Below, one piece after another: positions 28,568 through 39,490 of a stretch of 64,000 bases of DNA. The position numbers and the translations under genes are program-made. Every line of letters starts with the position of its first letter. The first letter of the stretch is position 1. Source of the DNA: Cyanobacteria bacterium P01_D01_bin.156 (GTDB lineage: Bacteria > Cyanobacteriota > Cyanobacteriia > Phormidesmidales > Phormidesmidaceae); contig JBCCQQ010000014.1 of NCBI GenBank assembly GCA_039024555.1, positions 40,065 to 104,064 of the forward strand. The letters run 5' to 3'. Under the pieces are notes generated by a model. That model did not search any database and was not told where the DNA came from. It saw only the letters and a program-made list of their open reading frames with translations.

Positions 28568-30364
28568 CTAGAAGGGAGTGTACTGAATTGAGAAATAAAT
28601 CCCGCTATCCTGCAGCCCGTCATCATCGTCCCCAGTATCCAAATCCACTAGGGGGATACCCCAGTCTAGCCGAGCGGATAAACGATTTCCCTGTTGCCAC
28701 AACAATCCAAACCCAGCCCCTACAAGGGTATCTTTGCCAGGGTTGTTGCCGTTATGGTTCCAGACCGTTCCCATATCGATAAAGGGAGTAATCTGTAACA
28801 GCCCATTTACCTCGGGTACCGTTGCAACGGGCCAGCGTAGTTCTGCCGACAGCAAAGCACCACTATCACGACGCAGTGCATCTTGGCGATAGCCCCGTAC
28901 ACTTTGGCTACCCCCTAGACTAAACTCTTCTTGAGATAACAGATCGTCCGCCGCTACCTGTAAATCTCCCCTTAGGAAGAACAAGCGATTTGGTTTGCCA
29001 AGCTGTTTTACCCATTGCCCTTGACCACGCCAGGAGAAAAATCGGCTGTCGGGGGCATTGTCGTTGATATTAGAATCCAGCAGATCTAAACCCAGGTTAA
29101 ACTGCGATCGCAAGGCTAGAACATGGCTTTGACTGCGCTGGGTCCATTCCTGGGAAAATCTTAGGGCACTAATCCGGGTACGACCATTTTCATCGGCACC
29201 AGGAGATAGGGGAAACGGTCCAATGTCATCTAACCCTAAACTAGTTTGACTGGACTGGTGGGATAGGGTTAACCCCAAAGCCGCTTCCTGGGTCGGTGTT
29301 TCAATCAGCGGATGACGATAGCCCAGTTCGTAATAAGAACTTTCAGAGGAAATATCAAGTACCGAAAACGCCGAGTTGATCACCCGACTGTCAGAGTATC
29401 CTGCTGCCAAACGTATAGTGTCATTGTTAGGGCTAACTGGAATGGTGTAGCTAAAGTCCACACCGTCGCTGCCTTCAGTATGCTTATAGGTCAGATTAAT
29501 GCGATCGCCAATACCAAATAGGTTGCCTTCTTCAACACCTATCGTGGCTTGAGTCCCCCCAATATTAGGAGAACGGGTATTGGCCAAACTCGTGTTCACA
29601 GCAAATGAATCGGCTTCTACCACATCGATCACCAGCACGCTGGTCCCTGGCTTGACCCCAGCCTGTAAATCAGCGGATACCGTTTCAATTAACGGGTCCA
29701 GCTGTAATCTCTGTAACCCAGTCAACAGCTTGTCCACATTGAGGGGGGGCTGGGCAACTAATCCCACCCGACTGCGAATGTAAGCTTGATCTAAACGATG
29801 AGTTCCATTCACCACCACCTCTTCTAGCTGGCCCTCAATGACCTGAACGGTGACGATATCATCAACAACCGTCTGGGGTGGAATTAAGGCACCAGATGTT
29901 AGATACCCATTATCGACATAGCGTTGCGTCACCTCAGAACGCAGCTGTAGGAGCTCATTAAAACTAACCTGCCGAGCGCGATAGGGAGCAATTAAGTCCT
30001 CCCAGTCGGCATCTTCAAACACAGTACTACCAACAATTTTAATGTCGGCCACATAAAACGTTGCGGCTTCATCATCCCCTAACTGTTGCTGAGAGGGCAG
30101 CGAATCATCGGTAGGACCAAGCAATTCATCGGGCGGCGGTAACGGTGGCAACAGCTCATCCGGCAGATCTGGATCTGGAAGAGTCTCTGGTGGCAGCGGT
30201 CGTGGCAAAGCAGGGTTAGGAGAAGTGCCTGGCGGCAGCGGTGATACTTGCGCCAACAAAGCACTGGGCGCTCCCTGGCGCATAGCCGGATAGAGTAAAA
30301 TGCAGCCACACTGACCCAGGCCGAGCAAAACCTTGGTGATTCTGTGTTTGTCGATCAATGCCAT
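28568..30364 (-). CDS. TpsB (ShlB/FhaC/HecB) outer-membrane transporter
   Basis: POTRA 'YVDNGYLTSGA..P.Q......V.VIEG', 'GG.QSVRGY', C-terminal aromatic residue. Confidence 0.93.
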   Translation of the reverse strand: MALIDKHRITKVLLGLGQCGCILLYPAMRQGAPSALLAQVSPLPPGTSPNPALPRPLPPETLPDPDLPDELLPPLPPPDELLGPTDDSLPSQQQLGDDEAATFYVADIKIVGSTVFEDADWEDLIAPYRARQVSFNELLQLRSEVTQRYVDNGYLTSGALIPPQTVVDDIVTVQVIEGQLEEVVVNGTHRLDQAYIRSRVGLVAQPPLNVDKLLTGLQRLQLDPLIETVSADLQAGVKPGTSVLVIDVVEADSFAVNTSLANTRSPNIGGTQATIGVEEGNLFGIGDRINLTYKHTEGSDGVDFSYTIPVSPNNDTIRLAAGYSDSRVINSAFSVLDISSESSYYELGYRHPLIETPTQEAALGLTLSHQSSQTSLGLDDIGPFPLSPGADENGRTRISALRFSQEWTQRSQSHVLALRSQFNLGLDLLDSNINDNAPDSRFFSWRGQGQWVKQLGKPNRLFFLRGDLQVAADDLLSQEEFSLGGSQSVRGYRQDALRRDSGALLSAELRWPVATVPEVNGLLQITPFIDMGTVWNHNGNNPGKDTLVGAGFGLLWQQGNRLSARLDWGIPLVDLDTGDDDDGLQDSGIYFSIQYTPF

Positions 30365-30632
30365 AGCCCTTTACTAGATGCCCTGAAGTCGAGTACAAAC
30401 CCGTTAGCAATTTCAGAGTGCCCTGGCACATCGTAAGATCCACGCCCTACATCAATAACCTTTGAAGAATAGGGTCGATTGTTTAGTAAAACACTCTGAT
30501 AACGGGCAAAAAAACCATACCACTGAAAGTTGATAAGTCATGGTTACCAGACATTTTGATGCTACCCCCCCAAACCATCACAGCGTCATGTCTGAGTATT
30601 GGCCTTGATCTGCTCAGGGCCTAGGGTAACGA

Positions 30633-30720
30633 GGCGTTGCTGCTCCTGGGAATGATCTTATCTGTCAAATCTAAACCGGTCAGTTCTATAGATCGTTTTA
30701 TCCCCTAAATTAACAACGGC
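30633..30720. repeat. ~90-bp MITE-like dispersed repeat, copy 2
   Basis: GGCGTTGCTG...GATCTTATCTGTCAAATC...AGTTCTATAGATCGT...CCCCTAAATTAACAACGGC; aligns with copy 3. Confidence 0.75.
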
Positions 30721-30823
30721 TGTAGCGGCTTTTATTGAGCAGAATTTCACCGTCGACCTGTACTAAGTAGCCACGAGTTTAGGCTCTCCGCTACCCTAGA
30801 GAAAAACGTCTTAGACAACTACT

Positions 30824-31579
30824 ATGCCCGCGCCCCTTTTATCCCTTAAGGATCTTGATAAGGTCTATAACAATGGGACAGTTGCCCTTAAAGACGTCAA
30901 TTTCACGGTACATCCAGGAGAATTTATCAGTTTTGTAGGACCTTCAGGCTGTGGCAAAAGTACAATACTGCGGTTAATTGCTGGGCTAGGAGCCCCAACC
31001 CAGGGAGCCATTACCTGGAATGGAACTCAACGTAATCTTGCCTTTGTGTTTCAGGATGCCGCGCTCATGCCTTGGGCTAATTTGGTAGACAATATTTATC
31101 TTCCTTTAAAGCTTAAAGGACAACGACTACGCACGGTGCGGGGAGATATCCAAGACGCCATTAATACGGTGGATTTAAATGGTTTTGAACACAGCTATCC
31201 TCGACAGCTATCAGGGGGCATGAAGATGCGAGTGTCTATCGCTCGTGCCTTGGTCACTAAACCCGACGTTTTGTTAATGGATGAACCCTTTGGGGCGCTA
31301 GATGAAATGACCCGCAGTCGCTTAAATAGTGACCTATTAACGCTCTGGGAAACCAAACAATGGACCGTACTATTTGTCACCCACAATATTTATGAGGCCG
31401 TTTATCTATCTACCCACGTGGTCGTCATGGCAGCTCATCCAGGTAGAGTGGTGACTAAAATTCCTATCGAAGCTCCTTATCCAAGGACGAGTAGCTTTCG
31501 GACCTCATCACAATTTAATCATTATTGTCGAGAGATTATGACGGCGTTATCAGCAGTTGAAGATGTTGGTGTGGTCTAG
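30824..31579 (+). CDS. NitT/TauT family ABC ATP-binding protein
   Basis: Walker A GPSGCGKS, signature LSGGMKMR, 'LLMDEPFGALDE', 'FVTH'. Confidence 0.95.
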   Translation: MPAPLLSLKDLDKVYNNGTVALKDVNFTVHPGEFISFVGPSGCGKSTILRLIAGLGAPTQGAITWNGTQRNLAFVFQDAALMPWANLVDNIYLPLKLKGQRLRTVRGDIQDAINTVDLNGFEHSYPRQLSGGMKMRVSIARALVTKPDVLLMDEPFGALDEMTRSRLNSDLLTLWETKQWTVLFVTHNIYEAVYLSTHVVVMAAHPGRVVTKIPIEAPYPRTSSFRTSSQFNHYCREIMTALSAVEDVGVV

Positions 31580-31680
31580 AGTGACTACATCCTAAAAGCT
31601 ATGAACCAAGCGTTTTAGACTATAAGATCACCAGCTCCAACAGCATTCAACAACAGACTTAAAAACAGCGGGTATTAAGC

Positions 31681-32484
31681 GTGTTAAAAAAACAAAAATC
31701 AGACGTCTTGTGGAATTGGATCGCACCTCTTTTAGTCGGTCTCACCGCTGTGATTGGCTGGGATATATTTGTTCGGGCAACAAACACCCCTGCTTATCTG
31801 TTACCAGGCCCATGGCTAGTGCTCAAGACCTTAATAGAAGAATGGGGTGATTTGTTTCCATCCTTATTGGTGACCATTCAGATCACGCTGTTCGCATTTG
31901 TAGCAGCTGTTATATCCGGTGTGTTGATTGCGATTTTATTTGCCCAAAGCAAATGGATTGAACGGAGCTTTTTTCCCTATGCGGTAATTTTACAAACGAC
32001 ACCGATTGTTGCGATCGCACCTCTAATTATTATTTGGTTGCAAAACAACACGTTTATGGCCTTGGTGGTGTGTGCCTGGATTGTTGCATTTTTTCCGATT
32101 GTTTCTAACACGACCCTGGGGCTTAACAGTGCGGATCACACCCTGCAAAACTTGTTCGAAACCTATGGTGCATCTCGCTGGCAGACCCTCATCCATCTGC
32201 GGCTGCCCAGTGCTTTACCCTATTTTTTAGGTGGGCTACGCATTAGCGGTGGTTTAGCGTTGATTGGGGCAGTGGTGGCTGAATTTGTAGCCGGTACGGG
32301 CGGCACCCGGTCTGGCATTGCCTATCAAATTCTGATCTCTAGCTTTAACCTAGAAATTCCTCGCATGTTTGCAGCCCTGTTGATGACAACAGGACTAGGT
32401 GTAGGTATTTTTGTAGGCCTAACGCTACTCTCCGATCGCTTACTTCGCCACTGGCATGAGAGTGCCGTTAAACGAGAAAATTAA
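31681..32484 (+). CDS. NitT/TauT family ABC permease
   Basis: 'QTTPIVAIAPL', EAA-loop 'YGASRWQTL..LRLPSALP', 'GAVVAEF'. Confidence 0.93.
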   Translation: MLKKQKSDVLWNWIAPLLVGLTAVIGWDIFVRATNTPAYLLPGPWLVLKTLIEEWGDLFPSLLVTIQITLFAFVAAVISGVLIAILFAQSKWIERSFFPYAVILQTTPIVAIAPLIIIWLQNNTFMALVVCAWIVAFFPIVSNTTLGLNSADHTLQNLFETYGASRWQTLIHLRLPSALPYFLGGLRISGGLALIGAVVAEFVAGTGGTRSGIAYQILISSFNLEIPRMFAALLMTTGLGVGIFVGLTLLSDRLLRHWHESAVKREN

Positions 32485-32496
32485 AGGCTAGAAACT

Positions 32497-33831
32497 ATGA
32501 CAGGCTTTGTTGAGGTTCCTGATGTCCCCCATTACTGGCTAACCAATGTTCGCATTCCCCACTGCTTTCTTAAACCAGAGGACGGACTAGAGCCTATTCC
32601 TTCTCGTCAGGTATCTCCCCATCGAGAAGAATTGGTGGCGGCAGATGTAGAGATTATGGCGGGGGCAATTTCAAGGATTTTACCGGCAGGTACTACCCAC
32701 TTAGCCGATACCCATGGGGTAAATCTTGGCCAAGGGCTGATATGGCCGTGCTTTGTGGACATGCATACCCATCTAGATAAAGGACACACCTGGCCCCGTT
32801 CACCTAATCCAGATGGCACATTTTCAGCTGCATTGACCACCGTCCTTGAGGATCATAAAAATTGGCAGCCCGATGAGCTATACCACCGGATGGAGTTTGG
32901 GCTTAAGTGTAGTTACGCCCATGGCACCCAGGCGATTCGTACCCACTTAGATAGTTTTGGGCCGTTGGCGCAGCAAAACTTTGAGGTATTTGATCAGCTA
33001 CGTCGTCAGTGGTGCGATCGCATCATACTACAGGCTGTTTGTCTGGTGTCCCTAGATTATTTTTTAACTCCGGCAGCCGCAGCACTCGCTGAGCTTGTGG
33101 CTGGGTTTGACGGTGTACTGGGGGGGGTGGCCTATATGAATGAAAACCTGGTGGCCCAGCTGGATCAAATATTCACCTTGGCTAAGCGGTATGGTTTGGA
33201 TCTAGATTTTCATGCCGATGAAAGCCTAAACCCCGACGATATTACCTTGCGCTACATAGCTGAAGCAGCCCTACGTCACGACTTTCAAGGGGACATTACC
33301 TGTGGCCATTGCTGCAGTTTATCGGTGCAGCCACCGGAGGTCGTTGAGAAAACTCTGTCGCTGGCAAAAGCCGCCAATATTGGCATTGTGAGTTTACCCA
33401 TGTGCAATCTATACCTACAGGATCGACAAACTGGACATACCCCTAGATATCGAGGCGTTACCTTACTCCATGAACTTCACAAACGGAATATGACCGTCGC
33501 CCTTGCTAGCGACAACTGTCGAGATCCATTTTATGCCTATGGGGATCATGACGGATTAGAGGTGTTTAAGCAGTCCATACGCATTGGCCATTTGGATCAT
33601 CCCTTTAGCCATTGGCCAAAAAGTCTAACGAGCCGTCCGGCACAGCTGATGGGGTTGGACAATATTGGATACTTAGCCCCTGAAGTCACGGCAGATTTTA
33701 TTTGCTTTAAGGCGCGTAGTTTAAATGAGCTCGTTGCTAGACACCAATGCGATCGCGTTGTTATTCGCAAAGGTCAATCCATCCATACAAAGCTGCCAGA
33801 TTACAGCGAACTAGACCGCTGGATAAACTAA
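32497..33831 (+). CDS. codA: Cytosine deaminase-like amidohydrolase
   Basis: Metal motifs 'DMHTHLDK', 'IRTHLD', 'DFHADE', 'GHCCS' and 'SDNCRDPFY'. Confidence 0.88.
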   Translation: MTGFVEVPDVPHYWLTNVRIPHCFLKPEDGLEPIPSRQVSPHREELVAADVEIMAGAISRILPAGTTHLADTHGVNLGQGLIWPCFVDMHTHLDKGHTWPRSPNPDGTFSAALTTVLEDHKNWQPDELYHRMEFGLKCSYAHGTQAIRTHLDSFGPLAQQNFEVFDQLRRQWCDRIILQAVCLVSLDYFLTPAAAALAELVAGFDGVLGGVAYMNENLVAQLDQIFTLAKRYGLDLDFHADESLNPDDITLRYIAEAALRHDFQGDITCGHCCSLSVQPPEVVEKTLSLAKAANIGIVSLPMCNLYLQDRQTGHTPRYRGVTLLHELHKRNMTVALASDNCRDPFYAYGDHDGLEVFKQSIRIGHLDHPFSHWPKSLTSRPAQLMGLDNIGYLAPEVTADFICFKARSLNELVARHQCDRVVIRKGQSIHTKLPDYSELDRWIN

Positions 33832-33857
33832 AGTCGCCTGCCAGCTTAGACCAGGTC

Positions 33858-34544
33858 CTATCTATCGAGTTCTGCAGTTGCCAGATTATCAGTTAAGCGC
33901 TGTAGAGAAATTTGGGCCGCTTCCGAAACTTGGGAATGATTGTCCTTTGCCAAATAGCGCAGTGCCGACATTGACTTTGAGCTGGGTAAATTCCCCAAGG
34001 CTTCCGCTAAACGCTGTCTAACCAACCAGTCATCTGACTGGGCAAAAGCTAGGATGTCATCCACAGCACTCAGATCGCCAATTTCACCAAATGCAGCAAT
34101 GGCAGCCTGCTGCAAAATAATCTCCGGACTGTTTAGAGCCTGAATCAGCGCATCATGGGCGCGAGGGTCTTTAAGATTGCCCAAGGATACGGCAGCACTA
34201 AAACGCACAAGCCAATCAGTATCTTCGTAAAAAGACCGAATCAGTGGCTCAAAGGCTCTAGGGTCCTCCAAATAGCCCAGAGCTCCGGCCGCATCGGCAC
34301 GAATGCCATAATCCGGGTCGGTTTCTAAAATTTTGACCAAAAGAGGAAAGCTTTCAGAGGTTTGCTTGATACCCAAGGCAAAAATCGCCATGGACCGCAC
34401 TTGCTGATTATCATCATCCAGCACCAATTTAATCAGCTCTATGGCATCTGGACTGGGAACATCTCGCAACGCTGCCAGGGATAGTTTCTTGTCCTTAAGA
34501 TCACCGGTTTGGAGTTTATCAGCAAGGACGGCGAGATCAAACAT
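33858..34544 (-). CDS. nblB: HEAT-repeat phycobilisome degradation protein NblB
   Basis: PBS-lyase HEAT repeats 'RSMAIFALG', 'DPDYGIRADAAGALGYLED.RA' and 'FYEDTDWLVRFSAAVSLGNL'. Confidence 0.85.
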   Translation of the reverse strand: MFDLAVLADKLQTGDLKDKKLSLAALRDVPSPDAIELIKLVLDDDNQQVRSMAIFALGIKQTSESFPLLVKILETDPDYGIRADAAGALGYLEDPRAFEPLIRSFYEDTDWLVRFSAAVSLGNLKDPRAHDALIQALNSPEIILQQAAIAAFGEIGDLSAVDDILAFAQSDDWLVRQRLAEALGNLPSSKSMSALRYLAKDNHSQVSEAAQISLQRLTDNLATAELDR

Positions 34545-35212
34545 GGTATTCCAAATAAGCTCTTATTATTGCTATCTATGGCCCAGGCATTAAACACGGC
34601 ATATTGCCCATGGATAAAACTTGCAGTTCTCATTTCAGAAAACGTCACCCCATATCCGGACATCGGCCAATGCCACCCACTCCCCCCGAGGGTAGCAGCA
34701 GTTCAACTACCTACAATCGAACTATCAATCCCAGGCATAGAATTACCTATATTTTACAAAAGCCTTAGCAAAACGAAAGAAATAAATCCTAATGCTTAGG
34801 TGGGCCAGCTACTCCAAATTTTTGACCAGCGCCTCAGAGGGGCATTGCCAAATGAGCTTGTGCCCGAAAACGCCAAATTCATTCATGGCAATATTCGGAA
34901 TTCTGCCCCAGCAGCCTGAAGACAGGTTACAGACTGAAATCTATCTTTGTTCTATCTAGGAGTCTGCTTCTATGGCTTATCTTGCTACTCCCAAACGCCG
35001 TAAGCGACGCAATCGTCATCGTTACACGCCAGCCCCAGCCGGTAAGCCTAGACGGACTCGATCCGGTGGATCTCGGTAAATTTTCTGTTTTTGTTAACGT
35101 TACCTTGAGGTGAGAGTTGTTATAGCTAATGGTATGAATCAATCTATTGGGGTTTTACCTTTCTAGGTGGTTCATTGGAGACCCACTAAACAACCTACCC
35201 TGGATATTTCCT

Positions 35213-35602
35213 ATGACTACGAAAGCTGTACTGCAATTTATGCAGAAAACTGCTGACAATAAGGCTTTACAACAACAGCTTGAGACATTGCTTGGTTGCG
35301 GCGATGGCGATATTAGCACCAGTGTAAACCTTGATCCCGAAGAATCTCTTGCCCTCAGCCAACGAGCCCCCAAGGTCGTTGAGTTAGCCAGTAAAATGGG
35401 GTATCAATTTTCCAATACCGATCTCTTAACGGTTATTGATGCCTTTAATCGCCACCAAAGCGGCGATTTATCTGATCAGGATTTCTCCCAACTTTTGGGT
35501 CTGCCCCAAGAAGAGAGTGTACGGCCAGCTGTTCGTAATAACTTCAAGCGTTTAGCTAACTATCTTTCTAAGACCTATTTAGGGGTTAATCTGTCTAAGT
35601 AA
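35213..35602 (+). CDS. Nif11-like leader-domain protein
   Basis: 'AVLQFMQK...NKALQQQL' and 'VVELASKMGYQFS..DL' are the two Nif11 blocks, separated by an insertion. Followed by a terminator. Confidence 0.65.
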   Translation: MTTKAVLQFMQKTADNKALQQQLETLLGCGDGDISTSVNLDPEESLALSQRAPKVVELASKMGYQFSNTDLLTVIDAFNRHQSGDLSDQDFSQLLGLPQEESVRPAVRNNFKRLANYLSKTYLGVNLSK

Positions 35603-35626
35603 TGTTTTCTGTTGATAACATCAAGA

Positions 35627-35676
35627 TGGCAGCGGTCTGCTGAAGTTTTTTTCAGTAGACCGCTGCCAATTTTTTT
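35627..35676 (+). terminator. Intrinsic terminator
   Basis: Stem TGGCAGCGGTCTGCTGAA/TTCAGTAGACCGCTGCCA followed by a T tract. Confidence 0.8.
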
Positions 35677-36164
35677 AGACTCTCTTGACCATCGGGTTGT
35701 GTAGACCGATACAAACAGCACCGCCTTACAGCCTGGGATCACCTTAGCTAGGCTATTGCAGCTATCCTGGGGAGCATTTACTAACTGATGGAACTCCCCT
35801 AGGATTTTCTATATGCCAAATAGAAATAACAAGGAATCCCAATATCTTCAGCGTTGCACTCTCATCAAAATGTAATTCTGAAAACAATCTCTAGATAATC
35901 TTTTAGAGACGCTCTAAACAACAGGAATATTGTGCAAGGTAACAATCTCTTGAGAAACGTAACGGTTTTATATAAGAAACGATAAGTCCGTTAGAGTAAC
36001 ACTAGCTCAGGAAATAGATCCTAACTATCGTGTGATTTCGTAATGCTTAGGATACGGGCTATGTAGGCTTTTCTGTTGACGTTACCTGCTTTAGCGTGGT
36101 GGATGCCTAGAGCAGTAATCACGATGACTCTTATTCTCCATTAACAGTTTACTGTCACATTCTT

Positions 36165-38720
36165 ATGGTTAACTCCCATTCTGTGACGTCATCAGACTTG
36201 GTTTCCCATGAGCTGATGACGTCGGAAGAACGAGCCTTTGATGGTGTTTCCTCAGAGGTGTATGTCTGTGTTCATGGTCATTTCTATCAGCCGCCTCGAG
36301 AGAATCCTTCTTTGGAAGCTGTGGAACGTCAACCTGGTGCAGCTCCGTACCATGATTGGAACGAGCGCATTCTCAAGGAGTCTTATCGCCCGAATGCCTT
36401 TGCCCGCATTTTGGATCAGTACGGTCAGGTACTGCAAATTGTTAACAACTACGAGTTTATTAGTTTCAATATCGGGCCTACGCTGATGAGCTGGTTGGCT
36501 CGCCATGATATTGAGACGTATCGGCGGATTCTAGAGGCGGATAAGCGTAGCTGTGAGCGCAATGATGGTCACGGGAACGCCATTGCCCAGGTCTATAACC
36601 ACATGATTCTGCCCCTAGCCAATGAGCGGGATAAGCATACCCAGGTACGCTGGGGGATTGCAGACTTTCGTAAGCGGTTTAATCGTGATCCCGAAGGGAT
36701 GTGGCTGGCAGAAACGGCTATCGATCAGGCCACATTAAAAGTTCTGATTCAAGAAGGGATCACGTTCACCATTGTTGCTCCATCTCAGGTGCAGCGCTGT
36801 CGCCCCATGACACAAGGGAATGGTGTAGATCCAGACTGGCATGAGGTGGGCGGAGGTCAAATTGATCCCACCCGCCCCTATCGATGTTTTGTGCCAGGGC
36901 TACCCCCAGGGAAAGATTACATCGACATTTTTGTGTATGACGGCCCCATTTCTGGGGACATGGGATTTAGCGATTTGCTCCAGTCGTCCCAGTCGTTTGC
37001 AGAGCGCATTAGTCAGGCAATTCGTGGGGATCGTCAGGATGCTCAGCTAATTTCTGTGGCGACCGATGGTGAAACCTTTGGTCACCATCGGGATGGGGCA
37101 GAACGTGCTTTGGCCTATGCCTTAAAGACTGAATTTGTGGAACGGGGCTGGAACATTGTCAGCTATGCTCACTATCTGAATTTATTTCCCCCCACTTGGG
37201 AGCTGGAGTTGAAGCCAGTCACTGCGTGGAGCTGTGCCCACGGTGTAGAACGATGGCGCAGTGACTGTGGCTGCGGCGGTGGTGGCGAATGGAATCAGGC
37301 TTGGCGTGCGCCTTTGCGTGAGGCACTTGACTGGTTACGGGATGAACTCATTGAAATTTATGAAGTCACTGGGGAAGATCTATTTAAAGATCCCTGGGCT
37401 GCTCGCGATAGCTATATTGATGTGGTGTGCGATCGCACTCCCCTAGTAATTGAACAATTTTTTGCTCAACATCAGCACCATGAGCTCACCCCAGTAGAGC
37501 GGACAGATGCCCTCTGTCTCTTAGAAATGCAGCGTCATGCGATGCTGATGTACACCAGCTGTGGCTGGTTTTTTGAAGAAATTTCTCGCCCTGAAGGCAC
37601 CCAAATTCTGCGCTATGCCGCTCGTGCCATCGAACTGGCTGAAGAAATTTGCGGCGAATCCTTAGAGGCGGAGTTTATTGCCAAGCTGTCCCTAGCCCCT
37701 AGCAATATTCCCCACTTCAAAAATGGAGCAGGCGTCTACCATCATCAAGTAAAAACTGCCCAAATTAGCCTGGAACAAGTTGTAGCGCAATACGCGATGT
37801 CGTCCCTGTTCCATACCTACCATCGAGAACAGCGCCTATACTGCCATACCTTAAGCCATCAGGACTATCAAAAGCAGACGATGGGAGCTTTGACCCTAGC
37901 CCTGGGGCAAGTGACCCTCATTTCAGAAATTACCCAAGCAAAAGCCAACTTTACATTTGCTGTTTGCCACTTTGGGGGACAGGAATTTCTCTGTGGGATT
38001 CAACCCTTCAAAAATCGGTTGGCCTATACCCGAGCTAAGGACACTGTCTTAAAAGCCTTTGGGCAAGGCAGTATGGTGCAGACAATCGACGCCATTAAAG
38101 ACCAATTTGGCGATCACACCTTTAATTTACAGCAGCTCTTTAGTGAAGAACGGCAGCACATTATGCAGCTATTGAGCCAAAATACGCTGCATCAGCTCAA
38201 ACAGCTGTACACCCAGATCTATCGAGAAAACTATGGTGTACTAATGGCATTCCATCGGGAGCATATGGAGGTGCCTCGTGAATTGCAAGTGGCGGCTGAA
38301 ATCACCCTTAGTCAACGAGCAGTTGATGTTCTGCGCCATCTAGAACAGGACTTGAGTGAAATTGATGAGAATGTACTAACCATTAGTACGGGGTACTTAG
38401 GTGAACTAGAAGGTATTGCCATTGAAGCCAACCACCTACGGTGCCATCTCACGTTACCCACTGCCGCCACCCTGCTGGAAAGTTTGATCTTGCAAGCCTT
38501 GCGTCAGGTTTTGCGTAGCGAGCCTGGAAGTTCTACCTTAGACTGCACTCTAGCGGCTAGTTCAATTGCTATTCAGGGCATTCAACGGCTGATAAAACTA
38601 GGAGGCAACCTAGGACTCCCCTTGGATCTATCGAGGGTCCAGGAAGTCTACTACGATTACATCCAACACTGCCCGCCGATTCCCAATCTAGGGCAGGCAC
38701 TGGATATCGTAGATTACTAA
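36165..38720 (+). CDS. Glycoside hydrolase family 57 protein (DUF3536)
   Basis: Motifs 'HGHFYQPPRENP', 'GMWLAETA', 'ATDGETFGHH', 'WSCAHGVERW' and 'MYTSCGWFF'. Confidence 0.93.
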   Translation: MVNSHSVTSSDLVSHELMTSEERAFDGVSSEVYVCVHGHFYQPPRENPSLEAVERQPGAAPYHDWNERILKESYRPNAFARILDQYGQVLQIVNNYEFISFNIGPTLMSWLARHDIETYRRILEADKRSCERNDGHGNAIAQVYNHMILPLANERDKHTQVRWGIADFRKRFNRDPEGMWLAETAIDQATLKVLIQEGITFTIVAPSQVQRCRPMTQGNGVDPDWHEVGGGQIDPTRPYRCFVPGLPPGKDYIDIFVYDGPISGDMGFSDLLQSSQSFAERISQAIRGDRQDAQLISVATDGETFGHHRDGAERALAYALKTEFVERGWNIVSYAHYLNLFPPTWELELKPVTAWSCAHGVERWRSDCGCGGGGEWNQAWRAPLREALDWLRDELIEIYEVTGEDLFKDPWAARDSYIDVVCDRTPLVIEQFFAQHQHHELTPVERTDALCLLEMQRHAMLMYTSCGWFFEEISRPEGTQILRYAARAIELAEEICGESLEAEFIAKLSLAPSNIPHFKNGAGVYHHQVKTAQISLEQVVAQYAMSSLFHTYHREQRLYCHTLSHQDYQKQTMGALTLALGQVTLISEITQAKANFTFAVCHFGGQEFLCGIQPFKNRLAYTRAKDTVLKAFGQGSMVQTIDAIKDQFGDHTFNLQQLFSEERQHIMQLLSQNTLHQLKQLYTQIYRENYGVLMAFHREHMEVPRELQVAAEITLSQRAVDVLRHLEQDLSEIDENVLTISTGYLGELEGIAIEANHLRCHLTLPTAATLLESLILQALRQVLRSEPGSSTLDCTLAASSIAIQGIQRLIKLGGNLGLPLDLSRVQEVYYDYIQHCPPIPNLGQALDIVDY

Positions 38721-38780
38721 CCAACACTGTAACTAGCCAATGAGAAGCTCACACGGCTAGTTACAGTAAAATTACAACCA

Positions 38781-39371
38781 TCATCGCTTGTAGAGAATAC
38801 GAGCATCAAAGCCAAGACGGCGAGCGTCTCGTACTCGATCCGCAGCAGCTGAATAACTGCCGTAACGACCGATGTTAATAAACTCACCCTGACGTGCAGA
38901 ATCGAGAGTCGCATTCCTAAAAGATTGCTGAGCTCTAGGTAGTTTACGCCTAGATTCTGTGATCGCAGCTACATAGCGTAAAGAGCTGCTTTGGCTGCCA
39001 GTCGCTATGGTCTGACTGTCCGGATCATAAAGGCCCAGCACATCTAATGTGTCTGGTCCAGCAACACCTGTCACCGGTAAATCATACTCACGCTGGAAAC
39101 TTTCAACAGCGCCAAGGGTCAGGGGGCCATAGGCACCATCAATGGGTCCAGGATTAAACCCATTGATAGATAGGGCATTTTGTAGAGCCGCTACCTCATT
39201 GCCAGAATCACCTAAACGGAGGCTAGGACTAGAGACCGAGATAGGCACACTACTAGGACTAGGTAACGGTGGGGGCTCAAACGGTGGAGGCAGAGTTTGT
39301 TGAGCATATCCAGGTGCTCCTAAGAGAACAGCCACACCTCCTGAAACAGCAAGCGCCAGCAGTCTAGACAT
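38781..39371 (-). CDS. Secreted peptidoglycan-binding domain protein
   Basis: Signal peptide; PG_binding_1 'L..GDSG.EV..LQ..L...GF..GPIDG.YG..T..AV..FQ....L.VTG.AG..T'. Confidence 0.88.
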   Translation of the reverse strand: MSRLLALAVSGGVAVLLGAPGYAQQTLPPPFEPPPLPSPSSVPISVSSPSLRLGDSGNEVAALQNALSINGFNPGPIDGAYGPLTLGAVESFQREYDLPVTGVAGPDTLDVLGLYDPDSQTIATGSQSSSLRYVAAITESRRKLPRAQQSFRNATLDSARQGEFINIGRYGSYSAAADRVRDARRLGFDARILYKR

Positions 39372-39490
39372 GAGAAAATTCCTTGATAGAAGACCAACCA
39401 GCCATGAAGAAAAAACCCTTCCATAACTGGATGGCGTCTATGTTAGCGAATAACGCCAGAAAATTACTCGATTAATACTAATCCCCAAAA

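Noticed and set aside
35851..35940. Possible fifth copy of the ~90-bp element (GCGTTGCAC...GTGCAAGGT)
   Set aside because: Only a 6-bp inverted match at the ends and no internal similarity to the other copies.
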